Of a stretch of 64,000 nt of DNA, positions 1-11,470 are shown piece by piece (positions within the stretch are counted from its first letter, which is position 1; every line of letters starts with the position of its first letter). Source of the stretch: Bilabrum cf. latius (Eukaryota); contig OZ237771.1 of NCBI GenBank assembly GCA_965178125.1, positions 62,001 to 126,000 of the forward strand. The letters are read 5' to 3'. Both the position numbers and the translations under genes were made by a program. A model generated the notes under the pieces. It was given only the letters and a program-made list of their open reading frames with translations, did no database searches and was not told the DNA's origin.

Positions 1-401
1 ATTGCGTCTGCGTCAGGGGCAACAGGCGGTGTGAGCGGGGCACCATTCGACGCTGTCACGGTGGTGGGCGGCAGCACTGGCAGAGGCTGGGGTTGAGGCT
101 GCCTGCTTGCCTGAATCAATGGATGGCTTATATCGCGACTAGCCTGCTGCCCAGAGCCGCCAGTCAGCTCTGCTGCTTGTGATTCCTCTGCTGCTTGTGC
201 GTCCGCAATAGCCGCGGCAATGGATGGGCCTGCTGCCTCATCCTTCGCAACTAACTGGAATCCACGCTCTAGAAGTATCCCACATGCTGCATCCAAGTTC
301 TTTCCCCCGCGAATTATCGCCAGCCGAATGTCCTGCTGGGACACGTGCTCGCCAAACAAAGACGCCAGTCGATTCGAAAGTCGAGCCATCGTTGACGCCA
401 T
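1..401 (-). CDS. 5' part of a gene running off the window; N-terminal UBA/CUE-like helical domain (resembles RAD5-family N-termini)
   Basis: ATG at 401, open to the window edge: MASTMARLSNRLASLFGEHVSQQDIRLAIIRGGKNLDAACGILLERG. The pattern resembles UBA/CUE-like domains; the family is not established. Confidence 0.5.
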   Translation of the reverse strand, partial: MASTMARLSNRLASLFGEHVSQQDIRLAIIRGGKNLDAACGILLERGFQLVAKDEAAGPSIAAAIADAQAAEESQAAELTGGSGQQASRDISHPLIQASRQPQPQPLPVLPPTTVTASNGAPLTPPVAPDADA

Positions 402-613
402 AGTAAGCGTCAGATGGAGCTAGTATCGCTCAGCCAGAGGTAGACACTATATTGGATGTCTTGTAAATGCTTGATTTGATTCAATACCGCCAAGTATCTC
501 GTGGATATTTGTACTGGCACTTGCTCTTGCGACCGAGCAAGATTCATCTCACTGTGGTGCACGTGCGCCCACCAACCTACATGGCATCTCCATTGCATAG
601 AAGCCTTGAGCAA

Positions 614-3431
614 TCATTTCTCCCTTCCAGACGGCAGCTACATCCGAACACCGCTTGCTGCGGATGGTGGCGGACTGGTGCCGGCGACCACCGCACCTTT
701 GCTCCCGGGATCGATCCCCACTGGCCTCGGGCTCCACCCCTTGACCTCGCCCTCCCTCGCGGTCCTCTGCCGACCGCTGGCGATCCCACCCGTCACTCCA
801 ATCACCGCAGCCTTGTCCCCCTGCAGCCCCCCCTCCTGCAGCCCGGCTCCGCTGGCAATGGGAGGCACACGCACACGCTGTCCAGCCACGACCCCCGCGG
901 CCGCCAGCTCCTCTTGCACGGCCCCCTATTGAATGAAGGCCTAGTCCGTGCGCACCCTATTTGATTTCGAGTCCCTTTGCTCCGCTGCCGGCCTCCATCC
1001 GCCCCTGCCACCTCCAGCAGCGGGCATCGCGGATCGAGGCCTCTGCCGCCGGACTCCCCTACTGCTGCTGCTTCGGCTGCTGTTGTCCGCGCTGCTGATC
1101 GCTTGGCCTACTTGCTTCCTCGATTGCATTGGTTTCTGGGCATACCGGCTCCCAGTCTTGCTCGTCCCACCATCACCCGTCCCCTGTCCCTCCAGTCTTG
1201 CCACAATCGAGGGCTCGGAGAGGGCATCGAGCCCGGCGGGCAGCAAAGGCTGCTTTTGTTCTGAGCGTCGGTGTGACGAGCCATCAATGCCAGAAACCAG
1301 CCCCGCCCCTCCTTCCCTATCCTGCTTCATCTTCATTCTGTCCCTCAGTGTCGCCCTCTCCTTCAGCCCCGGCCTGGGCGGACCGCTGAATGTCCCTCCC
1401 CCCTCGGTGGCTAGCCCCCCCTACAGCAGGTCCTTGCGCGCGGCGACAGCCCGGTTCCGCACGAGGCGGTGCATGGACGCAGTGAGCGGTCGTCGCCGCC
1501 TCTGGTTTGAATTCCGAGTCCCTTTCTGTTCCCCATGACTCGCGCTGCCGCTGCCCTGCCCTCCCTCGCCCAGCGGAGGCAGAGCGCCCGGCACAGCGGC
1601 GCCCCCTCTGCCAGAGAACAAGCCGCCCGATGCACTGTGACCGTGCTTACGCGGCATGGCGCTGTGGGGGCGCGTTCTGAGACCATGCCTATCCGTGGAG
1701 GCCAGCCGGGCTGGGGCCCCTGCTACTGCCCCTGCTCCCGCTCCCGCTCCGCCGCTGCTGGACAGGCCGTATCGCTGGTGATACCCATGCCCTGCCCCAC
1801 CGTGCAACTCACTCGTCGCACCAGTACTCTTCCGCGACCGTGGCATGGCAGAAGCTGGTCGATTCCGCGTTGCGCTACCGTGCAGTGCAGTTGCACTTCT
1901 CGACTGTGCCCTGTCCGACCCCACTCGTAGGCCAACTGCGGCCCTGCCTGCACCACCGTGCGATGCACCCGCACCCCACCCAAAGTGCGCACCACTCGCT
2001 GAGCTGCTTTGGCCAGGACTGATGGGCGACACAGCACCGGCGTGCAATGCACGCGTGCCCCATTCGGAGTCAGAATCGGCCCGGTTGCCTGCGGAGGGCG
2101 ATACGGCGGGAGGCGGCGGGCTGTGCCTATCGTGCTGCGGGTGCACTGCACGATCATGATCCTATTTCGCACCAGCTGCTTTCCAAGCCTCCAATCCATT
2201 GCCCTGCTGCTGCCAGTGGTGCACCTTCACCTCGGACCCCTCCACATTCCCTCCGCTCGCGATGCTCCTCGTGGCGTCGGTTGCACTCGTCACACGACCA
2301 TCCTTGGACTACATGTCTGTATCAGCATCTATATCTGGATCAGCCCCAGCCCCAGGCCCAGGCCCAGGCAGGCTGGGAGGCACGACCGCCCCGCGCCCAT
2401 CCCTGTCCCTGTCCCTGTCTCTGTCCTCGGGGTCCTGCTATCGATGGAGTTGGCGATGACCTGCACTCTCCTGGGACTGCCTGCGCCTGCGATCGCCCAC
2501 CCTTCCCCTGAGCGCCGCCTGCAGTTGTTCCCTGGCTATCTGCAGGTCTCTCCTGACCCTCCTCCTTTCGTCCTCGGACCGCTCTAGCCGGTGCACCAGG
2601 TCCTCCACCTGGGAGGCAGTGGCGGCCAGGCGGCTCCTGGCGTCCTTCAGCTGTGCCTGCAGCTCCGATGCAGTCAGGTCCTTGGCCCTCTCCTCCCGCA
2701 GGGTGGCCTCGACCGTCTCGGAGACGGCCCCTGCGAATGCTCGCTCAAGGGCTCGCGAGGCGGCCTGCAGCTCTTCTTGCATGGTGCCGCGCTCGTGCTC
2801 TCGACTGCGAGAGTTGCATTGTTTCCGGTACAAATGTATGGCAAGGCAAAACTTGGTCGAGTGTCGCATTTCGATGCAGATGGGGGGGGGTTCGATCGGT
2901 TGGCAAGGTGGTGAGTACCCTACGAAGCCTCTACTGCAAATTGTATTCGGCTGATGCTGCACTCCTTGGCACAGTATTAAAAATATCTGGACTAAACTGC
3001 GTGTGGCCCCGAGTATCATGCAGACGGACTCACTCTCTTGCCTGCGTCGCGATCTCGCCAGCTGCCTCCGCGAGACGATACGATAGACGACGATTCTCTT
3101 CCTCCAGCAGGTCCATACGGACCCGCACGGTTTTCATCTCCTCTTCAACTCTCTACCTTGCTCGATGGGCATCGCTCGCATCACGCTTCGCTTGCTCAAT
3201 TTCGTCTGCCATTGCCTCTTTTTCAACCAACTCCACTGCATTTCGGAGTGGATACCGCGGTGCTAGCAGTGCTGAAGTCGCATCATTCGTGGAACTCCAC
3301 TACTCTGGGCCAACCTCGTCCTGCAGCTCGGCTGACTTGCTGTCGTCGAGAGATTGGTGCTGCTACGAAGGTGGAGATTCCATGTTACTCGCAGAAATGA
3401 CGAGCTCCTCAGCTGGAACCGGAGACTACAT
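614..3431 (-). CDS. Hypothetical coiled-coil / low-complexity protein (intron-containing, needs TAG=Gln)
   Basis: ORFs 2438-3019, 1421-2146, 941-1336 and 638-919 are in one frame and each ends at TAG; first TGA after the last is at 614-616. Coiled-coil segments: MQEELQAASRALERAF..., EEEMKTVRVRMDLLEEENRRL. GTGAGT donor near 3034. The 5' exon structure is uncertain. Confidence 0.5.
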
Positions 3432-3697
3432 ACTGCGTCTTTAACAATCAGCGCAGCCCGGGTTCGTAGTGTGCCCCTTGGGCTCGGTTTGCTGTCACGC
3501 AATCGGAGTCGGGATTCGCCAACGGATGCCGAAAGGTGTGACGAGGCCCAGGGTGCCGTAGCGGTGTTGTGCAGTGAGCAGAGTTCGGTGAGGAGTGAAT
3601 GCACGCATCTGGCCTATACAACACGAAGACAGTAAACAACGACTACTACAATCACGCGTGGTAATCAGGATCACACGCCATAGATCCATTTCATCCC

Positions 3698-5267
3698 TCA
3701 GCTCACAGGAGCCCCACCCTCCCCTCCACCGGCACCGCTTCCACCACCGGGCAGCCCCGCCCGGAGCGCCCTAAACCGCGCCTCGAGCTCGTCGAACCCA
3801 GGATCCTCGCCAGGCGGCGGCCCACTGGTCGCACCACCGTGCGGCGCACCCATCCCCCCAAGTCCAGATGGGGGTGCCCCGGGGGCAGCCATGGAGCCCC
3901 CACCCTGGGGGCCAGCGCCCGCCTCCGAGCCGGACCCCGATCCAGGACCCCCGAACCCGGGCACAGACTTGCTATCCCTTCCGGCCATGCTTCCGGCCAT
4001 GCTTCCGCTCATGCTTCCGCTGTGCCCCGTGGCCCCATCGTAGTCTGGGGGTCCACCCGCAGGTGGCGGCCCCTGTCCCCCCATCCCCCCAGGGGGTCCC
4101 CCTGACCCCATGCCGGGGACGTACCCCGCTGCGGGGTACGTGCCCGAGCCTCCACCGGTGGATCCGGAGGACCCCACGCGCAGAGCAGCTGCCAGCGCAC
4201 CGGGGCCCGCCCCTGCCCCCGCCCCCGCTCCTGCCCCTCCCATGGCTCCCGGGCTGCCCCCAGCGCCGCTCCCTCCGCCCCCGGGGCCTATGGTCACAGT
4301 GACGGTCCCCTAACCCGGAAGTGTGGGGATCACCACGGTACCTCCCCCCGCCCCTCCGGTTGCTGGGCCAGATCCCCTTCCCCCTGTGCCCGCCACCGCC
4401 TCCGCCGAATCACCCATGAGACCAGCGCTGCCCTCTGGAGGCAGCAGCTCGTCCAGATCTACCGGCACCTTGTGGAGTGCCGCGATGGACCTGAGATACT
4501 CCCTCTTTACGGCGGGGCTCGGCGGTGCGATGCTCAGCCTGGCGCACACCTTGGCGTTCACGCAGGCTCCCTTCTCGCGGTTGTTTCTCTTGGCAATCGA
4601 GATGAACTCGTCTCCGAACTTGGCGCGGAGCTGCTCGACGACGGTCTTCAGCTCCTTAATGTGGCTTCTGCTCGCAGACCAGATGATCGTGTCGGTGGAT
4701 TCGCGCAGGTCAAGCGGGCAGTCGTCTTTTTTGCTCTCCTTAATGAGGTCTGCTCGCTCGTGCAAAAGATCGCACATCAACTGGATCACTCCATGGGCCT
4801 CGAGCTCTCGTTCTTTCCTGATGATGCTCTCAACCTTGATGTTTGCCTTGTCCAGCTGTCCGGGGTCGTCCGCAGCTTTTCCAAGCAGCTCTGCAACTGC
4901 GCGTTTCTCCATTCGCAATTCACCTTCTCGTTTATTGCGATACTGCGTTGGGAACGCCGAAATATTTGCAGTAGGATAGTCTCATGACTGGTTGTATGGG
5001 GTTCTTGCAGGCCGCCACGCAAATGCCGGATTTGCAAGGCAAAGAACAACGCTTTGGATGCAACGATACAAACAATACACTGTTGATGAGACTCAGTGCA
5101 CGAGTGTCCACACAAATATTTCGCAGAAAAGTGAAGCAAGACGGGTCCAACAAACCCGCTCGTACTCGCCACGGCATCCTCACGAGATCGATCCGCTTCT
5201 GTGCCATCTTCAGATGTGGCTTAAACTTAGAAATCTCAAACGATGGTCCAAATAATGCTGCAAGCAT
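3698..5267 (-). CDS. IST1: IST1 (ESCRT-III-associated regulator of Vps4)
   Basis: Exon 1 MLAALFGPSFEISKFKPHLKMAQKRIDL; intron ~5183-4943 (GTGAGG...ACGCAG); exon 2 YRNKREGELRMEKRAVAELL...KANIKVESII...CPLDLRESTDTIIWSA...ELKTVVEQLRAKFG. TAG at 4310 joins the Gly/Pro tail ending in the MIM1-like FDELEARFRAL. Stop TGA at 3698. Confidence 0.9.
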
Positions 5268-5508
5268 GGCCTTATATTCTCGACTTTCTGAGTGGCGAAT
5301 TGCGCCATTCACAAGTCTCCGGAACTTTCCGCGAAACCACTGAGAAGGTTCGTTCATGAAACCGCGGTCTGGACACTGAAGTCAGGCTCATCCGCTGCAA
5401 TTCGTACCATGTAGGCTCCCATGAAAATGTCGTAGATATATAGCTAAAGTGGCAACTGCCTCTAACACTAATCACGCATCCCTTGCACGCAACAGCTCGC
5501 ATGAGGCG

Positions 5509-7001
5509 TCAGCCGAGCACAAGGCCGTACGAGGCAGCGGTGCCCCCTCCCGCGCCTCTGCTCTCCAAATGGGCCCGTGCAGCCGCACCTGCCTCACGCC
5601 TGGGATCGGGCGGCGGAACCACCCGGGGAACAGGCGCGGCGCCGCGCTCCACAGCTGCAAGTCGCGCCCATGCCCCCCCGCGCCGGAGAGAAGGATCCGG
5701 AGCTAATTTCTCCGCCATCGTCCCACCTCCCGCTACCTCACCCGCACCCCTTGCACTTGTCACACCCAGACCCATCCTGGCCCCTCGCACGGCCCGGGCC
5801 TGCGATCCCCCGCCCAGCCCACCTCGCACCGAGGAGGATCCGGCACCGGCACCGAAAGCGTCGCCAGCGCGCCCGCGCCCGTCTCCCCCGAACAATCCAC
5901 CCCTGGATCCAGGGAACAACGGCCCCCTGGTCTCCCTCAGGGTCACGGGATCGTAGCCCATGCGGCCCACGGCCTGCCCCTGCCGCTCCGTGGGTCTCGC
6001 CCTCGTAAGTGCACGCTACTCCTCCGCCGCCCTCCGCGCGTCTTCCTCCCGCCGCATCCTCCCCTCGGCTGCCAGCCTGGTGGGCCTCACCAGGGGTCTC
6101 CTCTCCCGCCCGTCGCACCTCTTTAACCGCTCCGAGTCCCTCACACTGTGGCCCACGATGTCGTAGGCTGCGCCCTCCCTGTCAAGGACACGCACCGGCG
6201 CGGCATGGGCCCGGCGCTCCCGTTGTTCCCTGGCAATCCTCGCCTCCGCCTCTGCCTCCTCCCTGTCCCTGCCCCTGTCCCTCCACGTCTGCGTGAGGGG
6301 GTCAAAGGCGCGCTGCCTCCAGAGCTTCTCGGCAGCTGATCGCAGCGCGGCTTCTCTATCCGCCGCCGCTTTCTCCTCGTGCTTCTCCGCGTATCTGTTG
6401 GTGAGCACGTCGAAATCTCGCTTGGGCGCGGTGGCCAGCCTGGCTTCCCTCTTCCTGGCCGCGTCTGTCTCCCTGGCCTGCAGCCGGGCTCGCTCCTCGG
6501 GGAGGGGCTCGTTCGTGACGATGTTGACGCCCGCCCGGGTGGAAAAGGTGTGTGTCGGGGGCTTGCGCGGCGGGGGTTCATCGTCGTCGATGCGGGCAGC
6601 GTGCGTGACGATGTCGAACCGCTGCTGCTGGCGGAGCGAGCGGTCGAATCCACGGTTTGCGCGGCGGGTTGCGCGGAGCGTTTCCTCCTGCCGCTTAGAT
6701 TCTTCCTTTGACTGATCTCTGAATCTTCCTAGCAGCGGATCGAACTCACGTTCCTCCCTCTTGATGGTTGCGTGGGAGCGTGCGGGTGGTCTGCTGTGCA
6801 CTGCTTCCAGCAGGTGGTCTGCCTGGACCTTCTCGGACTGCGAGCAGGGGAAACATCAGCAAATATAATTGCAGTGAGGTCAAATCAATACGTACGGCAG
6901 CATTGAAGGAGCGGACGAATACATACACGGTAGCTGCGGAGCATGTCGCCCCATGACGATGGCCCTTTGGATTTGTCACTCGGCCTTCGTCGTTTGCCCA
7001 T
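5509..7001 (-). CDS. Hypothetical protein with repeated [FY]D[IPV][VL]T motifs and coiled coils (possibly flagellar/cytoskeletal)
   Basis: ATG 7001; phase-0 intron ~6926-6838 (GTATGT...TCGCAG). ORFs 6016-6801 and 5509-5970 are joined by TAG at 6016. Motifs FDPLLG, FDIVTH, VNIVTN, FDVLTN, FDPLTQ, YDIVGH, YDPVT. Stop TGA. Confidence 0.65.
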
Positions 7002-7558
7002 GTTACGTTGAAAACCACAGCCGCAGGGAGGTACAGCTGTAATTGACTGCGCCAATTGAAGCGAAATTGGCATCCGCTCGCGAACGGAACTTTAGCAGCA
7101 CCGGTTGCAACCACCAATTTCACCGTGCGACCAAAAACGCCGACAACCCATCGAAGTGGAAACCGTTCTTCTCGCAGAATACGCAACCAATCAAGGCGTG
7201 TTTGTGTCAAATTTGCCTGGATGTAAGTTTCTGTTATGACGCTTTGTATTTGGTCTGCTGTGATTGTGATTTCATGGAATTGTCGTATAGCATGCCGAGT
7301 GTTTGGGCTTGATGGCGTTGCGTCAATTTGCTGGAGGTGACTTCTCGGTGGCCTGGATGCAGGGTAAACTGTGGTGATTTAACTAAGAGCCACAATCAAT
7401 CGGCCTCATCGCATGTCGCAAGCAGCTATCACGCGCCTGGAACTGCTCACTCTCGCAGCGGTTTCAAGACACCTAACGACGCAGTGTTTGGCGGAGTCCC
7501 CCAGAGGTCATCCCCATTAGACTAGCATATTAAGTACTTTAGTTATACAGGAGAGCAT

Positions 7559-9166
7559 ATGCGGACTTTTTCTCTCATCGCTGCGGCTGCAGCCGCCATG
7601 GGTTGGCAGGCTAGCGCCATGCGAGTGAATAGCACCTTTTGCGGCCTGGCGCTTGCGGAGTGCTGCACAAGGTACAATTCCACATCGGGGTCATTTATGG
7701 AAGAGCAGGACTGCACCTGCGTGGAGGAGGGCCAGGACCCGATGCTGTTCGAATCGGTGCTGCCGGGAGAGGCGAATCTGTACCACTGGCGCGTGCAGGA
7801 TTTCCAGGGCCTGGACGATGCGGATGGAGAAAGAAGACGCATTTCGTTTGACGTGGAAGTGTGCCAGGGCTCTGCCCACATCTATGTAAAGGCGCTAGAC
7901 CAGCCCCCGGTCCCCAGCGCGGAAGACCATCATTTCTCTGCGACCGAGCATTATGGTCCGAATTCCATCGCGGTGCTCGCCCTCAGGGGCCAGTTCTACG
8001 TGTCGGTGGTGGGCGCGGATGACGACGAGGACATCGTGGCAGCGGCGGAGACCATCCCTTCTCTCAACTACACCGCCCCCTCTGCCTCTGCCTCCAACGG
8101 TAGCAGCAGCAGCAGCAGCAACGGCGTGACGACTATCCCCTCCCTGCAGATGCCCAAGGAGCTGGCAGGGTACGGGGCCAGGCAGCCGCGGACCGTGTAC
8201 CACATGCGCGTGCACTTCGACGATGACGGGGAGTTCGGCCGGCCCTCCCGCCCCGCCCTAGGGAACGAAGGGAACCTGACGGTGACCAACCTGTTCACCG
8301 AGCAGCTGGTGCTGGACGACGGCACTCTCAGCATGTACGTGGGGCTGACCACCCCTCTGGCCCCCGGGTACCCTCCCGCCAACTCGACCGATGCTGCGAC
8401 CACGGACTACCCAGTGCTCGAGTATCGCGTGGTGGTCGCAAGGAATGCGACCCCCACCGACGAGGAGATGCAGGAGGCCCAGGAAGCCTTGGCCGCGGGA
8501 GACGTGCAGGCCGCTGCGGCTGCAACCGACGGTGCGCTGCACTGCGGCTCGGGCGCGCACCCTGGTGCCTGCGTGACCTCGTCCCCCTGCGGCGTGATGA
8601 TGAGCATGGTGCCCCGGGGTGACTGGGTTGCGCTCCCCTCGGATGGCGGGGAACACACTCTCATCGCCGACGGGCTGCTGCAGGACGAGCCGTACCGCTT
8701 CGCCGTGATCGTGCGAGACCCCTCGCTTCCTGCTTCTCAGCGAGACGACCCCCTGAGGATGTCCGTGTACACGGCCACCGAGGGAACACCCGAGTACTTC
8801 AAGGAAGAGAAGCTGCACTCCAACCAGACCATCTACATCATCCTCGGGTCCGTGGCTGGCGTCCTCCTCCTGGCACTCGTGGGCGTGCTCGTGTGTCGCT
8901 GGAGGCTGGCCGCCACCATGCGGGAGAAGCAGGCCGAGCGCGCACTCATCACATCGGAGGAGGTCAAGGACCTGAGGAACAAGGCCAGAGAGAGGCAGTC
9001 GAGACGCTCTCTGGGGGGCAGGTCCAGGGGAAGCAGGGGAAGCGGCGAGAGCAGGAGCCGGTCCCGGTCAGCGTCGGGGGAGGAGCCGGGAAGGGCCCTG
9101 TCACAGCCAGTGACCGCCCAACCGGCGCCCCAGGTGGCCGGGGCCAGCCAGGCGCCCATGCTGTGA
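7559..9166 (+). CDS. Type I membrane glycoprotein of unknown function
   Basis: 535-aa ORF with a signal peptide (MRTFSLIAAAAAAMGWQASA), a Cys- and N-glycosylation-site-rich ectodomain, a single TM helix (IYIILGSVAGVLLLALVGVLVC) and a basic tail. Stop TGA. Confidence 0.8.
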   Translation: MRTFSLIAAAAAAMGWQASAMRVNSTFCGLALAECCTRYNSTSGSFMEEQDCTCVEEGQDPMLFESVLPGEANLYHWRVQDFQGLDDADGERRRISFDVEVCQGSAHIYVKALDQPPVPSAEDHHFSATEHYGPNSIAVLALRGQFYVSVVGADDDEDIVAAAETIPSLNYTAPSASASNGSSSSSSNGVTTIPSLQMPKELAGYGARQPRTVYHMRVHFDDDGEFGRPSRPALGNEGNLTVTNLFTEQLVLDDGTLSMYVGLTTPLAPGYPPANSTDAATTDYPVLEYRVVVARNATPTDEEMQEAQEALAAGDVQAAAAATDGALHCGSGAHPGACVTSSPCGVMMSMVPRGDWVALPSDGGEHTLIADGLLQDEPYRFAVIVRDPSLPASQRDDPLRMSVYTATEGTPEYFKEEKLHSNQTIYIILGSVAGVLLLALVGVLVCRWRLAATMREKQAERALITSEEVKDLRNKARERQSRRSLGGRSRGSRGSGESRSRSRSASGEEPGRALSQPVTAQPAPQVAGASQAPML

Positions 9167-9325
9167 CGAGTGCAGCAGGCAAGTGGTGATCACTAAATGA
9201 CGCCATGATGTTAGAATTAGTTAGTTCCAGCTGCAGCTGTATCCAGCGCACGCAAGCAACATGTATTAAAGCAGCGCACGCACATCTCAGCCCCTAGTCG
9301 ATGAGACCTGCGCATTCGCTACCCG

Positions 9326-10132
9326 TCAGTCCTCGTCCTCCCTGTCCAGCTCCGCATCCAGCAGCAGGTCGTACATCTTGTCTGCCTTCTTGGGGTTGCT
9401 GCACTGCCTTGCGGCGTCAAATGCCCGGCTGCTGTCCTTCCCATACTTGTAGAAATCCGCCCCCGCGTCGCACAGGACCTGCGCCGCCTTCATGGCGCCC
9501 AGCCGCGCGGCGGCCAGCAGCGCCGTGTCCTTGTGCTCGCTCGCGTCCGTGGCCTCGAGGTTGCAACCGGCCTCGATCAGGGCGGACACGCCCTTGGGCG
9601 CGTTCGCAGCGGCCGCCACGATGAGCGGGGTCATGCCGTCGCGGTCCACGGCCTCCAGCTTGGCCCCTGCTGTGACGAGTGCCCCCACGCACTTGCCCAT
9701 GTTTTTCTCGGCGGCTGCGTGGAGCGCGCTGCGTCCCCCCTTCGTGCTGGAATTGGGGTCGGCGCCGTTCTCTAGCAAGCACTTGACCGCCGATAGTTTC
9801 CCTTTGCTTGCTGCGTACACGAGAGCGCTTCCTCCAAACTCCGTTTCCCCATTCACGTCCACGCCAGAATCGAGCAGCGACTTTACGTCATCTACTTTTC
9901 CGGCACCTGCTGCACGTGCAAGCTCTGTTGCGGTGAGAGACAGGGTCACATTCTTCTCCATGTGCTCGTGCACCTTCGTGTTCTTTTGGCTGAGGCTCCT
10001 CTTCAGCACAGCCTTTCGATCCGATACTGTGGTCGAGGCCATCGCATCTTCTGCCACTCTCTCCGCTGCTTTGGTGGGATCTGCCGCATGTTCCGATGAG
10101 CTGCCTCTACCGGATCCGCTGACTGCCGCCAT
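9326..10132 (-). CDS. Ankyrin repeat protein
   Basis: About five ankyrin repeats (GGSALVYAASKG, GRSALHAAAEKN, GMTPLIVAAAAN, DTALLAAARLG). Stop TGA. Confidence 0.9.
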   Translation of the reverse strand: MAAVSGSGRGSSSEHAADPTKAAERVAEDAMASTTVSDRKAVLKRSLSQKNTKVHEHMEKNVTLSLTATELARAAGAGKVDDVKSLLDSGVDVNGETEFGGSALVYAASKGKLSAVKCLLENGADPNSSTKGGRSALHAAAEKNMGKCVGALVTAGAKLEAVDRDGMTPLIVAAAANAPKGVSALIEAGCNLEATDASEHKDTALLAAARLGAMKAAQVLCDAGADFYKYGKDSSRAFDAARQCSNPKKADKMYDLLLDAELDREDED

Positions 10133-10291
10133 TTAATTTAAGAGCGGAGCAGTTTGGACGAGAGTTGCACTTTGGAGTCGAACGGCCTTGTGTGCGATTT
10201 TTCGCCGCTGATAATTTGTACACGCAACTTCAAGAATCCATCTATTTTCACGGCTAGTTCTAGGCTCGCAATACCGCCAGCTCGTATTGGT

Positions 10292-10775
10292 ATGGCTTCT
10301 GCATCAGATGATAGCGATTCTCCGTCGGCCCTGGAAGGCGCGCTGGCCAAGCCTGCGGACGACGTCTTGCAGGGCTCAGCGGACCACCTGTCTGTCCAGC
10401 TGCGGCAAACTAAGACGTCCCTGGAATCCTTGACAAAAGCATACGGCGTTATCAATGCACAGATGCAAGAGGTAAACGCGCGGTTGAAGGGGTACGGTGA
10501 ATTCCGAAAGCTTTCGGCAGAGCAATCTGCCCGGCTGAGCAAGCACACAGACACGCTTGATGCGTTTGATGCCTCGCTGGACGAGTGCGAGAAGGTAGCT
10601 GCAGGTCTGGAAGCCAACGTCATCTAGCTTGGTAAGGCACTTACATTTCTGTTCCGTGTTTCGGGGCAATTGTGTCCAGTATCCTGTCTCGAACCAACCG
10701 CTTTGCTCTGCTTTGCTGTCCGCAGAAGCTGCTTATCGGCGCCTGCCGGCAGAGATAACTCGCGGAACAGCTTAA
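10292..10775 (+). CDS. BLOC1S2: BLOC-1 subunit 2-like coiled-coil protein
   Basis: ATG 10292; TAG at 10625 read through; intron 10632-10725 (GTAAGG...CCGCAG) gives ...LDAFDASLDECEKVAAGLEANVIQLEAAYRRL..., resembling the BLOC1S2 C-terminus. Stop TAA 10773-10775. Confidence 0.6.
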
Positions 10776-11470
10776 TTTATCGAATAGTATACTTTCTACT
10801 TGATGTATGCCGACGTGCGGTGGCGGTTTCGAGGGAATCCGACGCACGGCAGTTGTTGTGGCAGGTTCCGTGCCAGCGGCGGTGGCTGCTGTTTGGATAT
10901 CTATTGAGTGGATATGAAGTACTGCAACAAGGGCTTGTCATAGCAAACTGGTCGAGCCCCCATTCGCTGGGCTGCCACTGGGTTGGCAAGGGGAGGGGGG
11001 CATGCCGCTTCAATGGTACGAGGCAGGGTCCCAATGGCTGGCTGTACGACAAACGAATTCCCGCTCGGCCACGTCGGAGACGCCAGTGCTGGTGGTAAAT
11101 CCCACCAGTAGAGCATACAACGTGATAGATATACGGCATGGTGACTGTCGCTCGTGTACCAAGAGCATGACCTGGAGAGCACATTTCAGGCTGCATTCGG
11201 GTTTATGTCTTGTGTGAAACCAGCAATATTATTCTAAATACACGTGCAATGGCCGCATCGTCCACACGAAGAGAATCCAGCTCGCCACAGCCCTACGATG
11301 AGCTAACCAATGCCACTGCCAGCATCAGGACACCCCCCACCCGCACGAGACTAGACACCCGGTTCGACCCCCCGCATCCGAACCACTGCGGGCTGGTCTC
11401 ACAACGCGGATTCCTTACACGTCGATAGGTCCACCAGCACGCGGCGACAGCCACACTCGTCAAGATCTCA